Part shown: piece after piece, positions 9,668 to 17,840 of the stretch
Numbering within the stretch: the first letter of the stretch is position 1
Layout: each line of letters opens with the position of its first letter
NCBI GenBank assembly: GCA_964501475.1
Contig: CAZCUL010000468.1
Span: forward strand, 1-30,936
Direction: 5' to 3'
DNA from: an uncultured Verrucomicrobiota bacterium
GTDB lineage: Bacteria > Verrucomicrobiota > Verrucomicrobiia > Limisphaerales > CAZCUL01
Length of the DNA: 30,936 bases
The notes under the pieces: generated by a model
What the model was told of the DNA's origin: nothing
What the model saw: only the letters and a program-made list of their open reading frames with translations
The model's database searches: none
Translations under genes and position numbers: made by a program

Positions 9668-9763
9668 CTGGACTCCTCTGGCCAGTGAGCGGCCCGTCAA
9701 TGAAACCCCTTTAAAGAGCCGGAGCGTCCTCACACCGCTGCTGCCAGGTGGGAGAAGGCCTGT

Positions 9764-10510
9764 TTATTGAGAGCTCTCGTCCGCATCGGCTGCTTCTGCC
9801 AAACCGACCTGCCTTAAGAGTCCGGCGCGGGTGCGCCGCCACTCTGGATTGTCCGGATCGGACTCGGTCAGTTCGCCAAGTGCATCCAAGGCGTCGTACC
9901 AAAGACCGGCCTGCGCGTAGGTTGCGGGGCGTTCGCCGGGGGCAACGCCGGTGAGCTTTTCAGCAGTCTGTTGTTCCAGGGGGGCGCGTTTGATGACGCC
10001 ACTGGCCACAATGTCTTTTGAGCGATTCTCCGGATCGGGCACGACCGAAACGGACCAGCGATACTCGATGCCCGGCGCCAATTTCACATTGTGCCGGCTC
10101 AAATCGATTTTGCGAATCTTCCCCTGGCCGGCTTCCGCCAGCGGGATTTCCAGGAGAGGAGCGATCTCCTGCTCGCTGATGAGCGTGAACTCCATCCGCG
10201 TCTTCGTGGGGCCTGATTGATACCAGAACAAAACGGGCGATTCCCGGCTGGTCAGGGCGGCATGGTCCGGCGCCAAAACCAGCAACCGCGGCCATTCATC
10301 GTCAGCCCCGCGCGACCCGGCGTCCACCCGGACTTTTGGCGCCCCCAGGAGCGGTGGCACGTAAACGACGCGATTGGTGGCCACAGGCCCTTTGGCTTGC
10401 GGACTTTTCTGCTGGACCGGCCGGGCCTGCCGCTTCTCGGCCGCCGAGGCGGCGAGTGAAAGAGCCAGCCACACGGCCAGCGATAGGGATTGGAATCGAA
10501 CAGAGTTCAT
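9764..10510 (-). CDS. Exported DUF928-family protein
   Basis: Signal peptide MNSVRFQSLSLAVWLALSLAASA|AE. Family-like motifs YVPP..GAP..RVDAGSRG, LLVLAP...LT....PVLFWY, L.PG.EYRW...V, and YAQAGLWYDALD.L..L....P.....W..LL.QVGL. Its ATG overlaps the cyclase TGA (ATGA). Confidence 0.82.
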   Translation of the reverse strand: MNSVRFQSLSLAVWLALSLAASAAEKRQARPVQQKSPQAKGPVATNRVVYVPPLLGAPKVRVDAGSRGADDEWPRLLVLAPDHAALTSRESPVLFWYQSGPTKTRMEFTLISEQEIAPLLEIPLAEAGQGKIRKIDLSRHNVKLAPGIEYRWSVSVVPDPENRSKDIVASGVIKRAPLEQQTAEKLTGVAPGERPATYAQAGLWYDALDALGELTESDPDNPEWRRTRAGLLRQVGLAEAADADESSQ

Positions 10511-12441
10511 GTCGTTTCTTTCTCTCCAAAAATCTGAAAGACCTTAACTTTCTGCGCTTTCCCTTTCAAGACGAACGAACCGGCCTCTTTTGCGCTGAAT
10601 CGATCCGAAATCAGCGTCCAGGTCGGTTCGCCCACAAGGACGCGGCAATGAGGCAAAGGCGATTCGGGCGCGTTGACAGTGCGGTCAAAACTTTCGAGAC
10701 GGGAAGCTGTGTTTACCGAGTCGCCCACGACTGTAAACTTCAATCGCTCGCGGCTTCCCAGGCTGCCCGTCACCACCGCTCCCGTGAAAATGCCCACCCT
10801 CATCTCCGCGGTGGGCTTGCCCGCCTCGCGCCAGCGGACATTCAGTTCTGCCAGCGCTCTCCCCATGCCCAGGGCGGCTTCGACCGCCTGAACTGCATCG
10901 TCACGAATTTGACCGGCAGAGGTGCGCGGAACCGGAATGCCAAAAATGGCCATAATGCCGTCTCCGGTGTACTCGTTCAACACCCCGCCGCATTTCAAAA
11001 TCTCCTCGGTCATCACCTCCATATATTCGTTGAGCCAATTCATCATGAAGGCCGGTTCCATCTTTTCGGAAACAGTGGTGAATCCTGCCAGGTCCGTGAA
11101 CAGGATCGTAGCGGTCAGCGACTGCGGGCGCAGGCGATGCCCTTCCATGAAGTTACCGCGATGCTCCCAGATCTCCCGGGCGATCTGAGGCGAGACGTGC
11201 TTGCTGAATAATTGCATGAGCACCATCCGGTCGCGGCGTTCGCGGTAGTATTGGAACGCAGTGCTCATGACGGCCCCTGGAACAAAGGCGGCCGCAGCCG
11301 GCGCCGCCACAATCCACGAATTCATCGCCAGTCCGATCCACGCCGCTCCCGTCAGGATGCAAATGCCGCCGGCGAGTAAAAGGATCACTCTCCAGGGAGA
11401 ACGAATCTGGAAGCCCACCCCCACACCGGCAATCGCCCAAAGCAATATCCACCCCGCCTCGACCCATTCCGGCCAGACCTTCAAAGATTTATCACCCTGC
11501 AGCGCCTGGCGGATCAATTGGTCGATCAAATGCCCATGCAATTCGATGCCATAAGTCACGCGCCGAAGCGGGGTGCTGAAATAATCCTTCACGCTCCGCG
11601 CCGTGACGCCAACAACGGCGATTCGGTCTTTGAGCGTTCCTTGCGGCAAGCGGTTTTCCAACACCTCGGTCAGTGAATACGTTTCAAATTTCGCCGGCCC
11701 CCTGAAGTCGAGAAGAACCTGGTAGCCGCCCGAATCCATGTTCACGTAAGGACCATGATTCGGCCCCAGCCGCGGCAGAACCCGCTTGCCTAACTGCAGA
11801 TCGCCGGGGTTTTCGGCGCTCGGCTGCGGCTCCACACCTTCGGCGCTCAGGTAAAGCAACGCCAATTGCAACGCCAGCCCGGAGTAGTAATTCGTATCCT
11901 TGCTCAGGTAGAGCAGGCCGCGCCGAACCTTATCATCAATCCCTGCATCGGCCGGGAAATCATTGAAGCCGACTCGCTCGGGCCAGGCCGCGAAAAAGGG
12001 TGGTGGCGGAATTCCCGAACTCAACTCGTCGCCGAACTTTTCAATTGCGATGATGTGGGGATGAGCGGCAAAGACCGCATCGAGCCGCGCTCTTCCAATG
12101 CCCGACCGCGGCACTGGAATATCACGATAGAGGTCCAGCCCGATGGATCGCGGTTGCCCGGCTGCCAACCTCTCGAGGAGATCCGCCAGAACCTCGTCCT
12201 CGAGAGCCCAGCCGCCAAATCGCGGATGTTGGATGTCCTCCTCGGTAATGCCAATGAGCACCACCGGAGAAGCGTCAACGGCAGACCGGTTGCGCCATTT
12301 GACGAACTGGTCGTAAAGCCGGAGATCGACGGTCTGCAGCCAGCCTTGACGCCAGAAAAGGAGCGCGAGGCAAAAGGCGGCGGCTCCAATGGCCATGCTT
12401 GCCCCCACGGTCCACCAGGCCTGGCGCCGGGCGCGTGTCAT
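10507..12441 (-). CDS. CHASE2-domain class III nucleotide cyclase, with guanylyl-cyclase-type specificity residues
   Basis: N-terminal TM helix; CHASE2 motifs (VVLIGITEEDIQ, SIGLDLYRD, RIAVVG......DYFSTP, GIELHGHLIDQL); three further TM helices; then the catalytic domain ATILFTDLAGFT (Asp450), NEYTGDGIMAIFG (Glu490, Asp494) and KFTVVGDSVNTASRLES (Lys568, Thr570, Asn577, Arg581). Confidence 0.93.
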   Translation of the reverse strand: MTRARRQAWWTVGASMAIGAAAFCLALLFWRQGWLQTVDLRLYDQFVKWRNRSAVDASPVVLIGITEEDIQHPRFGGWALEDEVLADLLERLAAGQPRSIGLDLYRDIPVPRSGIGRARLDAVFAAHPHIIAIEKFGDELSSGIPPPPFFAAWPERVGFNDFPADAGIDDKVRRGLLYLSKDTNYYSGLALQLALLYLSAEGVEPQPSAENPGDLQLGKRVLPRLGPNHGPYVNMDSGGYQVLLDFRGPAKFETYSLTEVLENRLPQGTLKDRIAVVGVTARSVKDYFSTPLRRVTYGIELHGHLIDQLIRQALQGDKSLKVWPEWVEAGWILLWAIAGVGVGFQIRSPWRVILLLAGGICILTGAAWIGLAMNSWIVAAPAAAAFVPGAVMSTAFQYYRERRDRMVLMQLFSKHVSPQIAREIWEHRGNFMEGHRLRPQSLTATILFTDLAGFTTVSEKMEPAFMMNWLNEYMEVMTEEILKCGGVLNEYTGDGIMAIFGIPVPRTSAGQIRDDAVQAVEAALGMGRALAELNVRWREAGKPTAEMRVGIFTGAVVTGSLGSRERLKFTVVGDSVNTASRLESFDRTVNAPESPLPHCRVLVGEPTWTLISDRFSAKEAGSFVLKGKAQKVKVFQIFGEKETT

Positions 12442-12598
12442 CTCTTTCCCCTCGGGGGTGGGGCAGGGCCGGCCAGGAAAAGGAGAACGGGCTCGGAGTT
12501 TTTTTGACCGTTGATCCGGACGGGCCGGGCGCGCCGTCCTGCGCTCGATTCGGTTTTACCGCCCTGCCGTCGCCCGAGAGTGAACGGGATCATGCCGT

Positions 12599-14914
12599 TC
12601 AAAGCCAGTTTCCAATCAAGAGGTATGGCGACCAATAGTAGGGATGGCCGTAGCGCGGGTCGCTGATGAATTGGAGCTGCGCCAATTGCAACGCCCGCGC
12701 TTTCGATGCGGACTCCAGCTCGAGCTGCTTGTAGAACTCCGTCACTAATGTCGCTGAGGATTGATCGTTCACGGACCAAAGCGTAGCCAGGGCGCTGCGC
12801 GCGCCCGCCTTGAAGGCAACGCCAGCCAGACCCAGAGCCGCGCGTTCGTCGCCCGCCGCCGTCTGACAGGCGCTCAGGGTCAGCAACTCCACCGGTTGCC
12901 CGCGAAACTTTCGCGGTTTGATCAGTCGCTCGAGGTCGTTCAAGCTCAGCCGGTCATTGTAGGTCAGCAGATAAGTGCTGGTGGGATCACGGCTGTTCTG
13001 GCCGAACTCCGCATGCGAAGCCATGTGAACCACCGAGTAGGGCTTCCCCTGGAATTCGGATTCCAGTTTCGCCTTCTGAAACTGCCGGTTCAGGAGGAGG
13101 TCTCCGCCAAACAAGCGGTGGATTTGATCCAGCTCATCATTCACGTAAGGAAGCGCGGACTTGCCCTGCACCGCGTCGGAAACTCCGGTCAACAAAAGAG
13201 CCATGGCGATGGTTTGCAGCCGCTTCGGCTCCATCAGCCGCAACCCGGGACTGATCGCCACCGCAAAACGCTCGACCAGGAACTTCTCCCCATCATGGAG
13301 CGCTGCCGGCGGAATCAGCCGCAACGCGCCGTCCGGAACGAAGACGAGCGTCTTGACTTGATTCGACTCCAACAGCGGCCTGATCGGCTCAATAATCGCC
13401 GCATGAATTGTCTGCGCCAGCGGCAGATACTCGCGCGTCTGTCGCTTCTCCAGCTTCCGGCGCAGTTCGGTCGCGCTCTTCCCCAATTCATCTTGAGTGA
13501 CCGGGCTCTCTCGCCGCTCCAATCCATCTTGCAACCCGACCAGTAACTCTGTCCTGTCCGGCAGCGGAATGACATAGATGACCGCCGTGTCCGCCGCGAT
13601 CTGTTCAATGCCGCTCACTCTGGATAACGCGATGTTGACGCAATCGTCCTGCAAATAGTCCTCGAGCTCGGCGTTCTTGAGCAGCTCCATCGTGTCGCGC
13701 GCTTCCCGAAGAAGCGCCTGCCCCCTGTTCGCGTCCGGTGCGGTCTTTGCCTGCTTTAGAAGCAAATCTGTCCGCTCCAGAAAAAGCCCTCCAAACCCTT
13801 CCCGAAACGATTCAGGGCGAATCTCGTTTCCCGCGGCCGTCATGAGGTCATGCCGCACCCCTTGAAGATGTTCGATGGCCCGGCGGTACGCTGCCAGCGC
13901 GGCGTCAATATCTCCCTCATCGCGCAGCAACCGGGCCAGATTCCATTCCCATCGCATCAAGGCGTCCGGAAGCGGGGTCCGGCTTCCGCTCCAGATGGCC
14001 ATGCGCGTGAACCGTAAAGCCTCGTCGCGCCGCCCACCGGCGTAGGCCCCTTCGCCCAGGTAGCCCAAGGCATACGTCCGGAGGCGTTCATCCTTTAACT
14101 TTTCCGCTGCCGCCAGCGCCTCCTGATAGCACCCTGTGGCGGCATCGAGCGCTTCTTCACCACCGATTTCCTGCAAGGTGCGTCCGACAGAAATGAGGCG
14201 GCTGGCTTGCTCATGCGAAGCCTCCAATTGTTTTATCTTTCGCTCCGCTTCGCGCGCGGCCGTCATCGCTTCTTCCCTATTTCCGGCCATCAGTAGAGCC
14301 CGCGCCTTGTTTGCCAGCGCAAGTGGCTCGATCAGCTTCGCGTCCGCACGCCTCGCCGCGGTTGCCGCCTGATCATAAAAGTCCACCGCTTCGTCGAATC
14401 GCCGCTCGACCAGCCGAAGATTTCCCAGATTATTCAAAATGCTCGCCCGGGCGGCCCCTTCGCCCAGTTCGCCGGCCGCGATCAAAGCGGATTGCAAAAC
14501 CTGTTTGGCCTGCGCTGTCGCGCCCTGAAGGGTGTGAAGAACCCCTGTCAATTCAGCAGCGGCAGCGACCGATTTCGCGTCGCCCGCCTGGCGCGCCGAT
14601 TCCGCCGCCTCCGTTGCCGTCTGCAAGGCAAGCCGCCCCTGGCCCATCGCCTGATACGTGTAGGCCAGCTTGAGCATGCTCTCGATTTGACGGCTCGATT
14701 CGCCGGCTTTGCCGAAGAGCCGGGCCGCCTCCTGCCACGACTTCGCGGCCGCGCCAAAGTCGCCGCGCTCGGAACCCTGTTGGCCCGCCTCAAAATGATC
14801 CGACGCTGAAAAAGCCGAGTGTTTTGAGGCGGCAGGAGATGCCGGAGCCAGAAGGCAGACGACTGACAAAGCTGTCCAGGAGGCAAGAAGAATTGGGAGA
14901 GGGCGTGGCTTCAC
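12599..14914 (-). CDS. Signal-peptide-bearing TPR-repeat CHAT-domain (caspase/HetF-like) peptidase
   Basis: GTG start. Hydrophobic N-terminus MKPRPLPILLASWTALSVVCLLAPASPA. TPR-like repeats such as ASILNNLGNLRLVERRFDEAVDFYDQA. CHAT motifs LVFVPDGALRLIPPAAL, VVHMASHAEF (His634, 13013-13015), LLTLSACQTA (Cys683, 12866-12868), ALATLWSVND and HPYYWSPYLLIGNWL. Confidence 0.93.
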   Translation of the reverse strand: MKPRPLPILLASWTALSVVCLLAPASPAASKHSAFSASDHFEAGQQGSERGDFGAAAKSWQEAARLFGKAGESSRQIESMLKLAYTYQAMGQGRLALQTATEAAESARQAGDAKSVAAAAELTGVLHTLQGATAQAKQVLQSALIAAGELGEGAARASILNNLGNLRLVERRFDEAVDFYDQAATAARRADAKLIEPLALANKARALLMAGNREEAMTAAREAERKIKQLEASHEQASRLISVGRTLQEIGGEEALDAATGCYQEALAAAEKLKDERLRTYALGYLGEGAYAGGRRDEALRFTRMAIWSGSRTPLPDALMRWEWNLARLLRDEGDIDAALAAYRRAIEHLQGVRHDLMTAAGNEIRPESFREGFGGLFLERTDLLLKQAKTAPDANRGQALLREARDTMELLKNAELEDYLQDDCVNIALSRVSGIEQIAADTAVIYVIPLPDRTELLVGLQDGLERRESPVTQDELGKSATELRRKLEKRQTREYLPLAQTIHAAIIEPIRPLLESNQVKTLVFVPDGALRLIPPAALHDGEKFLVERFAVAISPGLRLMEPKRLQTIAMALLLTGVSDAVQGKSALPYVNDELDQIHRLFGGDLLLNRQFQKAKLESEFQGKPYSVVHMASHAEFGQNSRDPTSTYLLTYNDRLSLNDLERLIKPRKFRGQPVELLTLSACQTAAGDERAALGLAGVAFKAGARSALATLWSVNDQSSATLVTEFYKQLELESASKARALQLAQLQFISDPRYGHPYYWSPYLLIGNWL

Positions 14915-15017
14915 GGGAAAGGATAGTTAGCCCCGCCGGTTGCGTTGTCTATACGATTTCTCGCTGGTTTTGGGGGAGCGCGCCGGCATCCGCCGAAGCC
15001 CTGGCCAAATCGGCCCG

Positions 15018-15052
15018 GACAAATAACGATGCGAACCGCATCATTATTTGTC
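15018..15052. repeat. 16-bp inverted repeat with a 3-nt loop, in the glcF-CHAT intergenic region
   Basis: GACAAATAACGATGCG-AAC-CGCATCATTATTTGTC pairs at 15 of 16 positions. There is no U-tract on either side. Confidence 0.85.
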
Positions 15053-15104
15053 GCGAAAGCGGATGTGGGTTCGGCCCGATTCCCTCGCGTCAAGAGTGCT
15101 GAAG

Positions 15105-16412
15105 CTATGCTTCGGACCGGTATGCTTCGGCCAGCAGCGTGATTGGGTGGACGACGCGAACAGGAAGACCTTCCCGGCGGACACCGTTTACGATCTGCAA
15201 TAGACAACCCGGGTTGGCTGTCGCCACGACTTCGGCTCCAGTATTCCTGATGTGACCCAGCTTTCGTTCCAAAAGTTCCCCAGCCATCTCCGGCTGAATG
15301 AGATTGTAGATTCCGGCGCTGCCGCAACACCAGGTGCTCTCGGATAACTCGATCAGCTCGAGATGGGGAATCGCCCGCAAAATCTGCCGGGGCTGCGCCG
15401 TGATTTGCTGGCCGTGACAAAGATGACAAGCCTCATGGTAGGTGACGGTCTGCACGCCGATCTGGGTTTTCGGCTGAGGGGGCCGGAATCCAATCTCCAC
15501 CAGCCATTCATGGATATCCCTTACTTTCTGATCCCAAAGGATCGCCCGGTTTCTGTAACGCGCATCGTCTTCCAACAACTTCGCGTAATGTTTCAAATGC
15601 GATCCGCAACCGGCGGCATTGGTGATGATGGCGTCGAAGTCCCCTGGCGGGAATTGATCGATCTGCCGCCGCGCCAGCCTCTGCGCCAATTCCCATTCAC
15701 CGTTGTGGGCGTGAAGCGATCCGCAACAGCTTTGTTGAGCTGGAGTGACCACTTCACAGCCGTTTTGGGAAAGCACTTCCACGGTGTCGCGATTCACGTC
15801 GCTGAAAACCAAGTCCTGGGCACAGCCGGTGAGAACGGCCACTCGGTAACGTTTCACCCCCCGGGCCGGCGTAATGGGAGCAATCAAGGCGTGGGAAAAC
15901 TCTCCGCGCACGGGCGGCGTCATCGCCTCGAGCTCGCGCAGGCGCTTCGGCAACAGGCGGAGCAGGCCACTGCGACGGACGAAGCTTTGCAAACCGATGC
16001 TTTGGTAAAGCCGGAGAAGCCGCCCGAGCCATTGCAGCCGGGTTTGGTTCATGAACAACCACCGCAGCGTGAAGGCGCGGATCAGACTGCGCCTGGGCGT
16101 GGCCAACGCGCCGCTTTGCTCTGCTTCCGCACGGGCATGTTCGAACAATTCCGCGTAATTGACCCCGGCCGGACAGGCCGTCACGCACGCCAGACAGCCC
16201 AGGCAAAAATACATCTCCTCGCCAAAGGCCTTCGTCGGTTCGAGCCGCTCGTCCGCAATGGCGCGCATCAAGGCAATGCGGCCACGAGGACTGTTGCGCT
16301 CTTCTTTCGTTGCGTCGTAGGTGGGACAAGTCGGCAGACAAAGCCCGCAGTGCATGCATTGCTGCACCACCGAGTAGTCGAGGTCTTTCAAATGCGAATG
16401 GCGGACGCTCAT
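15105..16412 (-). CDS. glcF: Glycolate oxidase iron-sulfur subunit (GlcF-like Fe-S oxidoreductase)
   Basis: Two ferredoxin motifs (CMHCGLCLPTCP, CLGCLACVTACP) and two CCG domains (SCCGSL, WCCGSAG). Lies 1 bp after the glcD stop. Confidence 0.85.
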   Translation of the reverse strand: MSVRHSHLKDLDYSVVQQCMHCGLCLPTCPTYDATKEERNSPRGRIALMRAIADERLEPTKAFGEEMYFCLGCLACVTACPAGVNYAELFEHARAEAEQSGALATPRRSLIRAFTLRWLFMNQTRLQWLGRLLRLYQSIGLQSFVRRSGLLRLLPKRLRELEAMTPPVRGEFSHALIAPITPARGVKRYRVAVLTGCAQDLVFSDVNRDTVEVLSQNGCEVVTPAQQSCCGSLHAHNGEWELAQRLARRQIDQFPPGDFDAIITNAAGCGSHLKHYAKLLEDDARYRNRAILWDQKVRDIHEWLVEIGFRPPQPKTQIGVQTVTYHEACHLCHGQQITAQPRQILRAIPHLELIELSESTWCCGSAGIYNLIQPEMAGELLERKLGHIRNTGAEVVATANPGCLLQIVNGVRREGLPVRVVHPITLLAEAYRSEA

Positions 16413-16413
16413 T

Positions 16414-17832
16414 TCAGGCGGATTCGGCTTGCGCTCCGACAGGCGCGTCCGGGTCGAACATTTTTCCCGGGTTCAAAATCCCTTTCGGGTCCAGCACGCG
16501 GCGCAGCTCGCGCATGACCCGCATCTGGGCGTCCCCGGCGAATTTCGGCAGAAAGCCCTTCTTGGCCAAACCGACGCCGTGCTCGCCCGTGATGGTTCCG
16601 CCCAAACGAATGGCTTCGTCGAAAATCTCCTTAAAAGCCTCCTCCACGCGATGCATTTCCTCCTTGTTGCGTTCGTCGGTAAGGAAAGTCGGATGCAGGT
16701 TGCCGTCGCCCATGTGGCCGAAAGTGCCGATGCGGAGCCTGAATTTCTTTGCGGTCGCCTCGACGAAGCGGATCATCCGCGCCAATTCGCTCCGGGGGAC
16801 GGTGGCATCCTCCAGAATGGTTGTGGGCGAGACTCGCGCCAGGGCGGCGAAGGCGGTGCGGCGCGCGCCGGCCAGCTTCGTCGCTTCGGCCTCGTCCCTG
16901 GCCACGCGCACATCGAGGGACCCCCGCTCGCGGCATATCTTCTCCATCTGGGCGGCCTCGTCCGCCACCACCGCGGGGTGGCCGTCGGTTTCCATCAACA
17001 AAAGCGCTTCGCAATCCAGCGGCAGCCCGATCTTCGCGTAATCCTCGACGCAATGGATGGTGGTCCGGTCCAGGAACTCGAGCGTGCAGGGAATGATTTG
17101 CGCGGCAATGATTGCTGAAACGGCTTCGGCCGCCTGATCCATGCGCGCAAAAGTGGCGACCATGGTTCTCTTTGCCTGGGGTTTCGGGATGAGCCGGAGC
17201 AGTATTTTGGTGATCACGCCCAAGGTGCCTTCCGAACCGACGAAGAGGTCCTTCAATGAATAGCCGGCCACGTCTTTGACGCACTTATTGCCGGTGGACA
17301 TCACTTCGCCGTTCGGCAGGACGACTTCCAAACCCATGACGTAGTTGCGAGTGACTCCGTATTTGAGGCCGCGCAGCCCGCCGGAGTTTTCGGCCACATT
17401 GCCGCCAATCGTCGAGATCTTCATCGATCCCGGGTCGGGCGGGTAGAACAGCCCGGCCGCGCCCGCGGCCTCCGCCACAGCCAGGGTGGTGGCGCCCGGC
17501 TCCGTGAGCAACGTCAGATTCGCGCGGTCCAGTTCGACGATCTTGTCCATCTTCACGGTGCACAGCACCATGCAATTTGGACTGGGAAGACTGCCACCGC
17601 TCAGGCCAGTGCCGGACCCGCGTGTGACCACGGAGGTGCCGGTTTCGTTGGCCAGCTTCAAAACCTCGCTGACGTGGCTTGCAGAAAGGGCAAAGACGAC
17701 GCATCCCGGCATTTCCTGAAGCGCGGCAGTGCCGTCAAAGGAATACGGGATCACATCCTCGGCGGCCGTGAGAATATTTTTGGCGCCCACGATTTGCTCG
17801 AGGCGGTGAAGCGCTTTAGTGGGAAACGACAT
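16414..17832 (-). CDS. glcD: FAD-linked oxidase, glycolate oxidase subunit GlcD / D-2-hydroxyacid dehydrogenase family
   Basis: VTRGSGTGLSGGS, YPPDPGS....TIGGNVAENSGGLRGLKYGVT, GHMGDGNLHP and ITGEHGVG...GILNPGKMF. I chose the ATG at 17832; a GTG at 17838 is also in frame. Confidence 0.85.
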   Translation of the reverse strand: MSFPTKALHRLEQIVGAKNILTAAEDVIPYSFDGTAALQEMPGCVVFALSASHVSEVLKLANETGTSVVTRGSGTGLSGGSLPSPNCMVLCTVKMDKIVELDRANLTLLTEPGATTLAVAEAAGAAGLFYPPDPGSMKISTIGGNVAENSGGLRGLKYGVTRNYVMGLEVVLPNGEVMSTGNKCVKDVAGYSLKDLFVGSEGTLGVITKILLRLIPKPQAKRTMVATFARMDQAAEAVSAIIAAQIIPCTLEFLDRTTIHCVEDYAKIGLPLDCEALLLMETDGHPAVVADEAAQMEKICRERGSLDVRVARDEAEATKLAGARRTAFAALARVSPTTILEDATVPRSELARMIRFVEATAKKFRLRIGTFGHMGDGNLHPTFLTDERNKEEMHRVEEAFKEIFDEAIRLGGTITGEHGVGLAKKGFLPKFAGDAQMRVMRELRRVLDPKGILNPGKMFDPDAPVGAQAESA

Positions 17833-17840
17833 AATCACCG

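Noticed and set aside
12442-12598. Small ORF or terminator between the CHAT and cyclase genes
   Set aside because: The 113-aa track ORF overlaps the CHAT 3' end and lacks coding features. The GC hairpin (GGACGG...CCGTCC) has no U-tract on the coding strand.
12599-14914. Anti-phage CHAT system (Craspase, gasdermin or Avs type)
   Set aside because: No Cas7-11, gasdermin, STAND NTPase or SAVED domain nearby, and the signal peptide argues against a cytoplasmic defence role. Not fully excluded.
4100-15104. The signalling module as a mobile genomic island
   Set aside because: No integrase, transposase or tRNA target, and no clean att repeat. I saw no obvious compositional break by eye and did not compute one.
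15363-17118. Long + strand ORFs (384, 243 and 229 aa)
   Set aside because: Antisense shadows of glcF and glcD.
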